Source: Candidatus Thorarchaeota archaeon
GTDB taxonomy: Archaea > Asgardarchaeota > Thorarchaeia > Thorarchaeales > Thorarchaeaceae
Reading direction: 5' to 3'
Assembly: GCA_048884785.1 (NCBI GenBank)
Contig: JBHLQM010000032.1
Coordinates: 3,609-36,219 of the forward strand
Length of the DNA: 32,611 nucleotides
The position numbers and the translations under genes are program-made. Under the pieces are notes generated by a model. The model had not been told where the DNA came from. It ran no database searches and was given only the letters and a program-made list of their open reading frames with translations. This document shows, piece after piece, positions 15,859-24,698 of this stretch (its first letter is position 1; each line of letters begins with the position of its first letter).

Positions 15859-17616
15859 ATGTTCTCAAGACGAAAGAATTCCATCTTGTTTACTGCGATT
15901 TTAGCCTGGCTTGTCATCTCGCCACTCGCTCTAGTGCTATCTGGAGATATTTCAAATCAAGCGATAGCACGAGACTTCGCAATTGCAGAGATTTCCATTG
16001 ATTCCCCTGCAGATCTCAGTTTTGAGAATGGTTCACGTGGAGAACAGATTGCTTGGAATGCAACAACTGAGAATCCAAAGAATTTCACCATCACTGAAGT
16101 GAATAGCGGTGAAACCTATGATTCAGGGAGTTGGGATGGGAGTCTAATTACAGTAGATTTGGATTATCTCTATGAAGAGAACCTGACTCATACTCTTCCT
16201 GTGACCTTCATCTATGAGTGTCTTGTATTCAACAGTAACAATGAGTCAATTTCAGATTCAGTCCAAGTACATGTTATTGCTGATATTCTTGCACCAATCA
16301 TAATTACACCTGCAAATATGACATATGAAGCTGGCAGCTTCGGCCATACAATTACATGGAACATTACCGAAACAAATCCTCACATCTATAACATCACACG
16401 TTGGTCGAACGAAACAACGAGTAATTTCACTGTTCTCGAAGGTGGTGATTGGGATGGCAGAAATATTTCAATTAATGTGGATGGCCTAAATGCAACTCAT
16501 TGGTACATTTTTGCGCTTTTTGTAAATGACACACTTGGATTCAATGCAACGAGTATTGTCAATGTAACGGTTTTTGAAGACATTACAGCACCTGTTATAT
16601 CATCGCCTGAGGACATCTTCTACGAGTTCGGAGACCTCGGTAATGAGATTACTTGGTTCACCTATGATAGCAATCCTGCGAATTATTCATTACAGGTGAT
16701 TGTGCTATACAATGATACGACCTATGGTAATCTTTCAGCCATCGTAGGTCCACCTGCAAATCTAACCAAAGTTCAATGGACGTTCAGCAATCCCGATGGA
16801 TTGAATATCACTTTCGGAATTGATAGAATGTATCTTGGAAACTATACCTTTACTCTGACCCTATTTGATGACTTTGGCCGCAATTCGACAGATTCTGTGA
16901 ATGTCACAGTCTACAAAGATATCAGAGCTCCTGTTGTAAATGCAACGCTAGATTTCTCTTATGAGGAGGGTTACACTGGCTACAAACTGAATTGGACTGC
17001 AGTTGAAAGCAATCCTCTAATGTACAACCTTACTCGAAATGGCGAGGTCGTTATGAATGGAACCTGGAGAGGTGAAGATCTTGAGGTTTCAGCTGATGGT
17101 CTGGCAGTTGGAATATATACATTCAATATGACACTCACTGACTACTTCAACCAATCCTCAATAACGCTGACCGTAGTAACTGTCACGCCCGATGCCCATC
17201 TACCAACCATTGCTGATGTTACTGTTATTGAATCATATACAACAATTTCGACAAACAATATCACTGTACAAGCATACCTATGGGACTTGAACAATTTGTC
17301 GAGCACTGTCATTGAGTGGCACACAGGCGATGAGTCAGCCAGTCAGGAAATGAACTTGACCTTAGAGGTGAACGATCTCTACGTGGCTAAACTTGGAGAG
17401 TATAGTCACGGACAGACTGTCTATTACCGGATTACTGCTACTGACAACTCTTCGGTTATGAATGTACAAACTACAGAATGGTTTGAGTATAAAGTTGAAC
17501 CTATGAGGTCCGAAGGAATTCCGTTATTGCTGTGGGGTACAATGCTAGCATTAGGCGTATTGTCGTCACTTGCTATATTATGGTTATACTTCAGGACTAA
17601 AACTAGAGGTCGCTGA
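15859..17616 (+). CDS. Cell-surface glycoprotein with about 4 tandem Ig-like repeats, signal peptide and C-terminal TM anchor
   Basis: N-terminal signal sequence; repeats of (AP)xIxSPxDxx(F/Y)ExGxxG..IxW...NP..(F/Y)...W(D/R)G; dense N-x-S/T sequons; C-terminal TM plus RTKTRGR. Confidence 0.85.
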   Translation: MFSRRKNSILFTAILAWLVISPLALVLSGDISNQAIARDFAIAEISIDSPADLSFENGSRGEQIAWNATTENPKNFTITEVNSGETYDSGSWDGSLITVDLDYLYEENLTHTLPVTFIYECLVFNSNNESISDSVQVHVIADILAPIIITPANMTYEAGSFGHTITWNITETNPHIYNITRWSNETTSNFTVLEGGDWDGRNISINVDGLNATHWYIFALFVNDTLGFNATSIVNVTVFEDITAPVISSPEDIFYEFGDLGNEITWFTYDSNPANYSLQVIVLYNDTTYGNLSAIVGPPANLTKVQWTFSNPDGLNITFGIDRMYLGNYTFTLTLFDDFGRNSTDSVNVTVYKDIRAPVVNATLDFSYEEGYTGYKLNWTAVESNPLMYNLTRNGEVVMNGTWRGEDLEVSADGLAVGIYTFNMTLTDYFNQSSITLTVVTVTPDAHLPTIADVTVIESYTTISTNNITVQAYLWDLNNLSSTVIEWHTGDESASQEMNLTLEVNDLYVAKLGEYSHGQTVYYRITATDNSSVMNVQTTEWFEYKVEPMRSEGIPLLLWGTMLALGVLSSLAILWLYFRTKTRGR

Positions 17617-18120
17617 TTCTAGAATTCTCAAAACCTTGTCAGGAATTTCCTCCCTGTTTTCATGTGTCATATGCAACAAAAGGACATCTGGACGCCTTCT
17701 CACTTCGTCTTGAAATGAGCCGCTTCTCAATTGGAGTGTGCCAATGACTCTTCCAGTATCTAGGCATCTTCTAACCTCCGAAGCAAATTGATCGCATTTT
17801 AATTCCATTGATGCTATCTCGTCAATAATAATCCATGAACGCTTTTCCCGTGCATCTACAAGCGCAGGAATTATGTATTGCTGAATGCCTTCAATATTCA
17901 CTAAGTATTTGCCCACTCTGGGGCCTGATTTCAAATTGACATGGGCAAGCTGAGCAGTTTTCCCATCCAGTGTATAAATGGCAAATCCTACTCTCCTATC
18001 TGACTCCCTAATTTCCTCAGACCAGAATCCACATGCCTTCTCTTTTCCAAGATATTGAACCATCTTCTTTATTGCTGTTGTCTTGCCAATTCCTGGATTT
18101 CCCGTTATTAGAATATTCAT
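17584..18120 (-). CDS. Nucleoside-triphosphatase, THEP1/NTPase_1 family
   Basis: ILITGNPGIGKTT, GF.SEEIRE...RVGF, RVGKYLVN, IIDEIASMEL, ENRE motifs. Confidence 0.93.
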   Translation of the reverse strand: MNILITGNPGIGKTTAIKKMVQYLGKEKACGFWSEEIRESDRRVGFAIYTLDGKTAQLAHVNLKSGPRVGKYLVNIEGIQQYIIPALVDAREKRSWIIIDEIASMELKCDQFASEVRRCLDTGRVIGTLQLRSGSFQDEVRRRPDVLLLHMTHENREEIPDKVLRILESATSSFSPEV

Positions 18121-18139
18121 TCATATTTCCCGCTTAGAT

Positions 18140-19207
18140 TCAATGGGCTGGCTCCATCTTGTAATATCTAATGGCTTTTGACCGTGCGACATTTGCAATT
18201 GTTTGGATTGATGATTCCTCCAAAGGCTCGGCTTCTATGAATCCCTCCTTGACACAATCTAGGAGGAATCTCTCCCCTTTCTTAGTGCGAACAATTACTG
18301 TTGTGTATCCCTCATCAGAACCAATATTTCCACATGAGATATCCGCATGTTTGGCGGTCAAATCGTGACAATAGGAACAGGACTTGGCTGCCGCGTCGTT
18401 CAAATCAGCTACAGGCCATTCTTGATTGCCCTCTGATGTTGTAATAATGAATTTTCCTCCAGTAATTGCCATTCTGGTCACTGATTTAATATCTATACCA
18501 TTTTGCTTCAGGAATAATTTTAGTTTCTCATAATCAAAAGACTCCATGCAGAAGAGACCTATCTTAACAATCTCGGTATCCTTGTCAATAGCAAGAAAGC
18601 CTGCTGGGTGTGATTGCAATCGATTCAATGCATCGATATTACATGCTGTTCCCACAACTGCAACTTTCGAATGTCCGTGTTCGAATGCGTCCATCATCCC
18701 GGCAACATTTGGGATATGAGAATAGATGGTTCCACCAGTATTCAGAACTTCTTCTTGTGTAGTTACTGTAGCGGCTCGAGGTAGCCATGGTTGTTCAGTG
18801 TGAACAGCAACCACACCTGCGTCAAGTGTCCTGTTTTTCAAACCAGCTGCAATGAGTGATGAAGCCACTCCTCCATCTTGTTGCTTCCCATTTCCTTTCA
18901 CTCTCTTTGCACGCCAAATACTCATGTATTCGCCAATCAGATCGCTAAATAGGGTAAGTGATCTTGGGCACATGGCATAGCATATCCCACATGACGTGCA
19001 TTTGCCGGTTAGCTGAGGGACATAGTGATTGTCAACCATTTCACCTGTTAAGGCATCCACGGGACAATTGGATACACATGTTCCGCACTCAACACATACT
19101 CTGGTTTCCACGATCTCTCTCTCGAGTTTTTTGAAGGCATAACGTTTCGTGTTTTCCTTCAACCACTCCTGTGATTCCGTTAGTGTCTTTTCCACGTTTG
19201 GAGTCAT
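18140..19207 (-). CDS. frhB: Coenzyme F420 hydrogenase/dehydrogenase beta-subunit family (FrhB/FpoF/FqoF-like) with N-terminal 2x[4Fe-4S] ferredoxin
   Basis: CVECGTCVSNCP and CTSCGICYAMCP; QDGGVAS, VGTAC, IGLFCMESF, CSYCHD, ADISCGNIGS, TTVIVRTKKG motifs; probable start MTPNVE at 19207. Confidence 0.9.
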   Translation of the reverse strand: MTPNVEKTLTESQEWLKENTKRYAFKKLEREIVETRVCVECGTCVSNCPVDALTGEMVDNHYVPQLTGKCTSCGICYAMCPRSLTLFSDLIGEYMSIWRAKRVKGNGKQQDGGVASSLIAAGLKNRTLDAGVVAVHTEQPWLPRAATVTTQEEVLNTGGTIYSHIPNVAGMMDAFEHGHSKVAVVGTACNIDALNRLQSHPAGFLAIDKDTEIVKIGLFCMESFDYEKLKLFLKQNGIDIKSVTRMAITGGKFIITTSEGNQEWPVADLNDAAAKSCSYCHDLTAKHADISCGNIGSDEGYTTVIVRTKKGERFLLDCVKEGFIEAEPLEESSIQTIANVARSKAIRYYKMEPAH

Positions 19208-19324
19208 TTTTGTTATCGCCCTTTTAGCCAATTATATAGTGCCTTATCAATATGGCCTCTAGAATTGCAGAATGCAAAGATATATGTTTGACCCACAAAT
19301 TGTGAAACGCGAAGTGTCGTCATT

Positions 19325-20038
19325 ATGAGGCTCGGTATGGAGCAGATTGATTTCCTTTTGAGTGAAAGCAAAGATCACAGATGTGAGCCATACGATTGCT
19401 GTGTTCAGCTCGTAGGAATAGCTAATCTACCGAGTGAGTTTGGGGAGTTTCAAATCTGTGCACTTGTCAGTCCTTGTGATGGGAAGGAGCACACTGCTAT
19501 AATCAAAGGGGACATCATTGGGAAGAAAAATGTTCTAGTACGAGCTCACTCAGAATGTCTGACAGGAGACGTTCTGGGTAGTAGAAGGTGTGATTGTAGA
19601 CAGCAACTTTTGGAATCATTGAAGAGAATCCAAAAGGAGGGTGAGGGTGTTCTTCTCTATCTCAGACAGGAAGGCCGAAATATAGGCCTGACTGAGAAAA
19701 TCAAGGCATATGCTCTTCAGGATCAAGGGCTAGATACAATTGAAGCAAATCTGGCATTGGGCTGGCAACCAGATCAAAGGGACTACGGAATTGCAGCACA
19801 CATCCTCGAGACACTCGGCGTGAAATCCATCCGTCTACTTACAAACAATCCTGATAAATTGAAGCAAATGGCAGCTCATGGTGTTGAAATAACCGAACGC
19901 GTTCCTCTGATTATTGAAACCAATCAGTATAATGAGGACTATCTCAAAACCAAAGCCCTGAAGTCCGGACACCTCCTAGGAAAGAATGCCGATATTACTG
20001 ATGTGGATGAGGCTCTATCACATTCACTGCACAAATGA
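19325..20038 (+). CDS. ribA: GTP cyclohydrolase II
   Basis: VRAHSECLTGDVLGSRRCDC, YLRQEGR.IGL..KIKAY.LQD.GLDTIEAN, RDYG, RLLTNNPDK, YLKTK...GH. Confidence 0.96.
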   Translation: MRLGMEQIDFLLSESKDHRCEPYDCCVQLVGIANLPSEFGEFQICALVSPCDGKEHTAIIKGDIIGKKNVLVRAHSECLTGDVLGSRRCDCRQQLLESLKRIQKEGEGVLLYLRQEGRNIGLTEKIKAYALQDQGLDTIEANLALGWQPDQRDYGIAAHILETLGVKSIRLLTNNPDKLKQMAAHGVEITERVPLIIETNQYNEDYLKTKALKSGHLLGKNADITDVDEALSHSLHK

Positions 20039-21313
20039 ATCTGGTTCATCTATCGGTTTGAGCTGTATTGATTTCAACGCATAGAGAATTCCTATAAGTC
20101 CTATACCACCAATTAGTGCTGATACATTCCAGAGGTATCGAAGACTTCCTGAAAGAGTCCAGATATATGCGCCGAGATTCATCGCAAAGATTTGGACAGT
20201 ACTCATGAGTGCTTGATATGTACTCAATGCTCTACCTTTCATCTCCTCTCTAACGCCCTGAACAACAAATGCTCTCTCAGCTCCAATCCAAATAACAATG
20301 AAGAATGACCATCCTACATTGAGGAAAAACAGAAACCAAACACCATTTCCATTTGCCATTGCAAAAATGAATAGAATGTTGAACGCCAAGGCCACAGATA
20401 GCCCCAGCTTCATCTTCTTGTCAGCTAATTCTCCTCCGTAATATGATATTGCAGCAATGGTGAGAGATGATGCACTCCAAATAATTCCCCAGGTTGCCGC
20501 GTCAACTCCCCATCCAAAAGGCAGGTCATTTACTACAAGGTTTCCGATGTAGCTAAAGGCCATACCGAAGCAAAACGCGAACTGGCTCATACCCAAAGCA
20601 AGAATCCAAAAGTCCCTGCCCAGTCCCCTCAGAGATATTATTGGTCCTGCTCTTGCTTTCTCCCTTGTTTCCTTGCTGAGGGTTTCTCTAACATACTTAA
20701 CACTCACTATGAATGCGATTACAGTCCCGAATCCTCCGATGATTAGGAGGTTTCTTTGAGGAAAGCCAGACATTAGGAGAAGGGAAGCGAATAGTGGACT
20801 TAATCCATCCATTGCAAATGCAGGTACAAGTGCCATTGTAAATGTCCTTGCTGCATCCTTTCCTCCATCCTGTGATATTTGGTCTGCAGGAGCAGCACGA
20901 GCCATTATCACAACAAAGCTCCAACCGAATTGAACGAGCCCATAGAAAATGGGAAGATATGGCCAAATGGGGAATGTAAAGAGAAGAGCAAGACCCAATG
21001 CCATTGGGATATAGGCCAATAGTAGAGTTTTCTTTCTGCCGATGAAATCCGATATGTATCCTGAAATTGGGACACCAAGTAATCCAGCTACTGAACTCGC
21101 CGTGAAAGTAATACCCATCTGCCAAGGTTCAATTAGAGTTTCGATATATATTCCGAACTGCCAGGTCCATACACTCATCGAAAACTGTGCTACACCAACA
21201 ACTAATGCGAGTCGCCATAGATCACCGGATAATCCAGCAAAACGAAATGCAGGCTTGAGAGGAATAGGCCTTCCATCGATAATTGGCGTAACATCATCGG
21301 CTGGATTCTCCAT
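20024..21313 (-). CDS. MFS transporter
   Basis: About 12 TM; motif A SGYISDFIGRKK; GELADK in the second half; MKGRA. Confidence 0.9.
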   Translation of the reverse strand: MENPADDVTPIIDGRPIPLKPAFRFAGLSGDLWRLALVVGVAQFSMSVWTWQFGIYIETLIEPWQMGITFTASSVAGLLGVPISGYISDFIGRKKTLLLAYIPMALGLALLFTFPIWPYLPIFYGLVQFGWSFVVIMARAAPADQISQDGGKDAARTFTMALVPAFAMDGLSPLFASLLLMSGFPQRNLLIIGGFGTVIAFIVSVKYVRETLSKETREKARAGPIISLRGLGRDFWILALGMSQFAFCFGMAFSYIGNLVVNDLPFGWGVDAATWGIIWSASSLTIAAISYYGGELADKKMKLGLSVALAFNILFIFAMANGNGVWFLFFLNVGWSFFIVIWIGAERAFVVQGVREEMKGRALSTYQALMSTVQIFAMNLGAYIWTLSGSLRYLWNVSALIGGIGLIGILYALKSIQLKPIDEPDSFVQ

Positions 21314-21456
21314 TTACCAAAATCACCCTTAGAATTTGAGTCTTCAAAATTGGTTCTCCTTATGATGCTGTCTATCATACCATCAGTCCAATGTCACACA
21401 ACCCTTAAAGAGAGTAAGTAATGTTATGCCCTTAGCAAGAGAGTGAGAAAGCACCA

Positions 21457-23472
21457 TTGATAATACTTGAAGACGCGGACCTTAGGCTTAACAGAGCCGT
21501 CACATTCGAATACATCTACACAAATGGTCTAGGAGGTTATGCATCTTCAACTATAGTTGGTTTAAACACTCGTAGCAATCATGGTCTTCTAGTATCATCA
21601 CTCAATCCTCCAGTTGATAGATGGCTGACTCTCTCTAGGCTTGATGAAGTAGTTGTAACAGATCAGGAACCATGCAATTTGGGTACAGAACATACTTCCA
21701 AGGGAGTAACTCAAAGGGGCTATCGGAATATTCGGAAATTTGCACTCAATCCACTGCCTCAGATGACCTATGCAACTGACTGCCTTGTAATGAATAAAAC
21801 AGTCTTCATGTCCTATCGCAGAAATATTACAGTAGTGAATTATGAGTTCAAGAATACTGAGGAAGCTGTTCTTACAGTGACTCCCTATCAGACATGTCGT
21901 CCTGTTACGCGACTTACTCCAAAACTCGATTTTTCACCACAGATTGAGATGGTCGACAATCATTCATATCTATCCTATGATGATAGGGAAGTAAGTCCCT
22001 GGATGTATGCATACACCCCTGATGCTGAATTTACTTCATCAAAGATCAAGATCACAAATCCTCAGATATATCGAAGAGACCAAGCAAATGGGCTGCCATT
22101 CGAAGAGCAATTGTATATACCAGGAGTATTTCATACAATTCTTGAGCCTGGAGATCACTATCTCAGTTTCCTTTTTGCAGTTGGACCCGCACGAAAGGCA
22201 TTGATGAATGATCTGGGGAGTCTAGTGAAAGCAGAGAGTAAGGATTTTGCAAAATTAAGATTCGATGAACTTCAGAGAAGGAAAATTCTCAACGACCGAG
22301 CATATAATCTTACGAAGAAGTCGCGAAATGAAGATATCGAATGGCTTGTCTATAATGCCGATACATTCATTGTTGATCGAGCATCAACCAATCGAAAATC
22401 CATCATAGGGGGATACTATGAGCTCGTAGATATTGGACTCGACGCGATGATTGCACATCCAGGCTTGACAGTTGCAATTGGCCGATTTAATGATGCTCGC
22501 GAAATTTTGCAGACATATGCGAGATATTCAAGATACGGATTAATAGCTAATGATTTTCCTGACCGCGGGATTCAACCAGAATACGATTCCGTTGATGCAT
22601 CATTATGGTTCATTATGGCAGTAAAGAACTATATTGATGTGACAAATGACTTTGAGTTTCTTAGAGGACTCATTTGGGATACTATGGAGTCTGTAATTAC
22701 TGCCTTTAGAATTGGCACCAAGTTCAATATCCATGAGGATCACGATGGTTTGATTTGCGCAGGGATTGAGGGAGTTGAAGTATCATGGATGAATGAACGC
22801 ATAGGAAATTGGTGCGCGACACCTCGTATCGGGAAATGTGTCGAAACAAATGCTCTTTGGTTCAATGCCCTTATGGCAATAGGTGACATGTGTCAAATGA
22901 TGGGTCGAGATCCATACGAATACAAAGCAGTGGCATCGTGGATTAAAGAGGCCTTCATTCAGACCTTTTGGAATGAAGAGGGTGGATACCTATACGATCT
23001 TGTTACAGATAACGAAAAGGACGATTCAATTAGGCCCAACCAGATCTTTGCATTAAGCCTGCCATATAGATTGCTCGAACCTGAGCAAGAAAAATCAGTA
23101 CTGAAAGTGGTTACTGAGGAACTTCTCACACCATACGGCCTCCGTACCCTCTCTCCAAAAGACCGGCGATATGCTCGAGCATTAACTGGAGGACCTCGTA
23201 GTCGTGCTGGCGCAACTCATCAAGGAACCGTTCATCCTTGGCTTATTGGACCATACATCTCTGCTTTTCTTACAGTGATGGGCAGAACGCCTGACAAGAA
23301 AAAATATGCAGAGATAGAATTCTTCAACCCCGTTTTAAATACAATTAAAAAAGGTGCACTAGGAACCATCTCAGACATGTTCGATGGTTCTAGACCACAT
23401 CGTGATAGAGGTGTCGTGTCGCGGGCAAGAAGTGTTGCTGAGTTGCTTAGAGTGTATTTCCAGGAGCTATGA
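21457..23472 (+). CDS. Amylo-alpha-1,6-glucosidase / archaeal-type glycogen debranching enzyme homolog (active site divergent)
   Basis: TNGLGGYASST, NTR..HGLL, DASLWF, TPR.GK.VE.NALW.NAL, RPNQIFALSL, LLTPYGLRTL, HQGTV and SVAE motifs. Confidence 0.9.
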   Translation: MIILEDADLRLNRAVTFEYIYTNGLGGYASSTIVGLNTRSNHGLLVSSLNPPVDRWLTLSRLDEVVVTDQEPCNLGTEHTSKGVTQRGYRNIRKFALNPLPQMTYATDCLVMNKTVFMSYRRNITVVNYEFKNTEEAVLTVTPYQTCRPVTRLTPKLDFSPQIEMVDNHSYLSYDDREVSPWMYAYTPDAEFTSSKIKITNPQIYRRDQANGLPFEEQLYIPGVFHTILEPGDHYLSFLFAVGPARKALMNDLGSLVKAESKDFAKLRFDELQRRKILNDRAYNLTKKSRNEDIEWLVYNADTFIVDRASTNRKSIIGGYYELVDIGLDAMIAHPGLTVAIGRFNDAREILQTYARYSRYGLIANDFPDRGIQPEYDSVDASLWFIMAVKNYIDVTNDFEFLRGLIWDTMESVITAFRIGTKFNIHEDHDGLICAGIEGVEVSWMNERIGNWCATPRIGKCVETNALWFNALMAIGDMCQMMGRDPYEYKAVASWIKEAFIQTFWNEEGGYLYDLVTDNEKDDSIRPNQIFALSLPYRLLEPEQEKSVLKVVTEELLTPYGLRTLSPKDRRYARALTGGPRSRAGATHQGTVHPWLIGPYISAFLTVMGRTPDKKKYAEIEFFNPVLNTIKKGALGTISDMFDGSRPHRDRGVVSRARSVAELLRVYFQEL

Positions 23473-23478
23473 GTTCAA

Positions 23479-24444
23479 TTGATTGAAGAACATATACATG
23501 TCATTCAAGTCCCTACACCATTTGAGGTTGGGCCAGTCAATTGCTATCTTATAGAAGGCAAGCCATTAACACTCATTGATACTGGAGTAAAATCAAGCCT
23601 GGCTAGAGGAGTTGTGAAGCAAGGCCTCAATAATCATGGCTATGACTTTGAAGATATAGAACAGATTCTGCTGACACATGGCCACGTTGATCATATGGGA
23701 CTTGCCAACGAAATCTCCAATTTAGGCGACGATGTCAAGGTTTGGATTCATGAACTGGATGCCGAAAGGATAACTGATTATCCAGGATACACTGAGAATA
23801 GAATGCATGCCTATCAGCAAATTGCCGAGGAATGCGGAGTACCCACAGAATTGAGGCAGTACAACTCCCATCGAGCAATGGCTGATTATTTCCTGAAATT
23901 TGGGGAGTCAGTAAATGAAGTGAAGACCTTCAAAGACGGCGCCATAATGAATTCAGGAATAGGCCGCCTCTACTGTTTATGGGTCCCTGGGCACTCTCTT
24001 GGCTCTGTATGCTATGTTGCCAAAGAGGAGGCTCTGATGTTTTCTGGAGATCACATCCTGGGGGATATCAGTTCGAATCCAAGCCTCGATTTTGAGGGGA
24101 GTCTAGGAATCTCAATGCTGAGATATTTTGATTCACTGACGAAGATGGAACCATTCAGCGAATTCAAAGTCCTGCCGGGTCATAGGGAACCAATTTCAAA
24201 TCTCAGTTCACGAATTGATGAGCTTTTCATAGATTACAAACAGAAGCTCGAAAGGGCCAAGAAATCCTTGCGCAAGAACTCAATAACTGTCTACGACCTG
24301 TCCCGTGAATTGTACGGCGATTATCCAGCTACATCCTTAATCCTAGCTCTTGCTGAAACAAGAGACCTTGCATTGATCTTGGAGCAAGAAGAACGAGCTC
24401 ATATTGATAGAAAGAAAGACATTCTATATATTACGTCGGTATAG
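23479..24444 (+). CDS. MBL-fold metallo-hydrolase with C-terminal wHTH-like region
   Basis: PTPF.VGPVNCYL, LIDTG, THGHVDHMG, PGHS, FSGDHIL, LPGH. Confidence 0.93.
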   Translation: MIEEHIHVIQVPTPFEVGPVNCYLIEGKPLTLIDTGVKSSLARGVVKQGLNNHGYDFEDIEQILLTHGHVDHMGLANEISNLGDDVKVWIHELDAERITDYPGYTENRMHAYQQIAEECGVPTELRQYNSHRAMADYFLKFGESVNEVKTFKDGAIMNSGIGRLYCLWVPGHSLGSVCYVAKEEALMFSGDHILGDISSNPSLDFEGSLGISMLRYFDSLTKMEPFSEFKVLPGHREPISNLSSRIDELFIDYKQKLERAKKSLRKNSITVYDLSRELYGDYPATSLILALAETRDLALILEQEERAHIDRKKDILYITSV

Positions 24445-24466
24445 ATGAATCATATAGTTGATTCAT
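24445..24466 (+). terminator. Hairpin immediately after the MBL stop codon
   Basis: ATGAATCA-TATAGT-TGATTCAT, perfect 8-bp arms; AT-rich and therefore weak. Confidence 0.3.
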
Positions 24467-24698
24467 TCAACGTTGTTTAATATAGAAATGTGACTAATAC
24501 AGAGTGCAGTTCCATGGTTACTTCCATCAGAGGATTAAAGGAATGATCCTTTGATGAACGAAACGTCAAAAACTGCCATAAAAACATCGAATGCCGCCCC
24601 GAATGATATCCTTGGAGGGGTCATTTGTAAGGAACACTCATTCAGTTTAAGCATTTCATTATATTCGAGTTGTGGCAGTTTTGATGGGGGATAATGAA

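Noticed and set aside
13549-19231. Methanogenesis inferred from mtd and the frhB-like gene
   Set aside because: Both occur in non-methanogenic archaea using the H4MPT pathway; no mcr or mtr genes in the window
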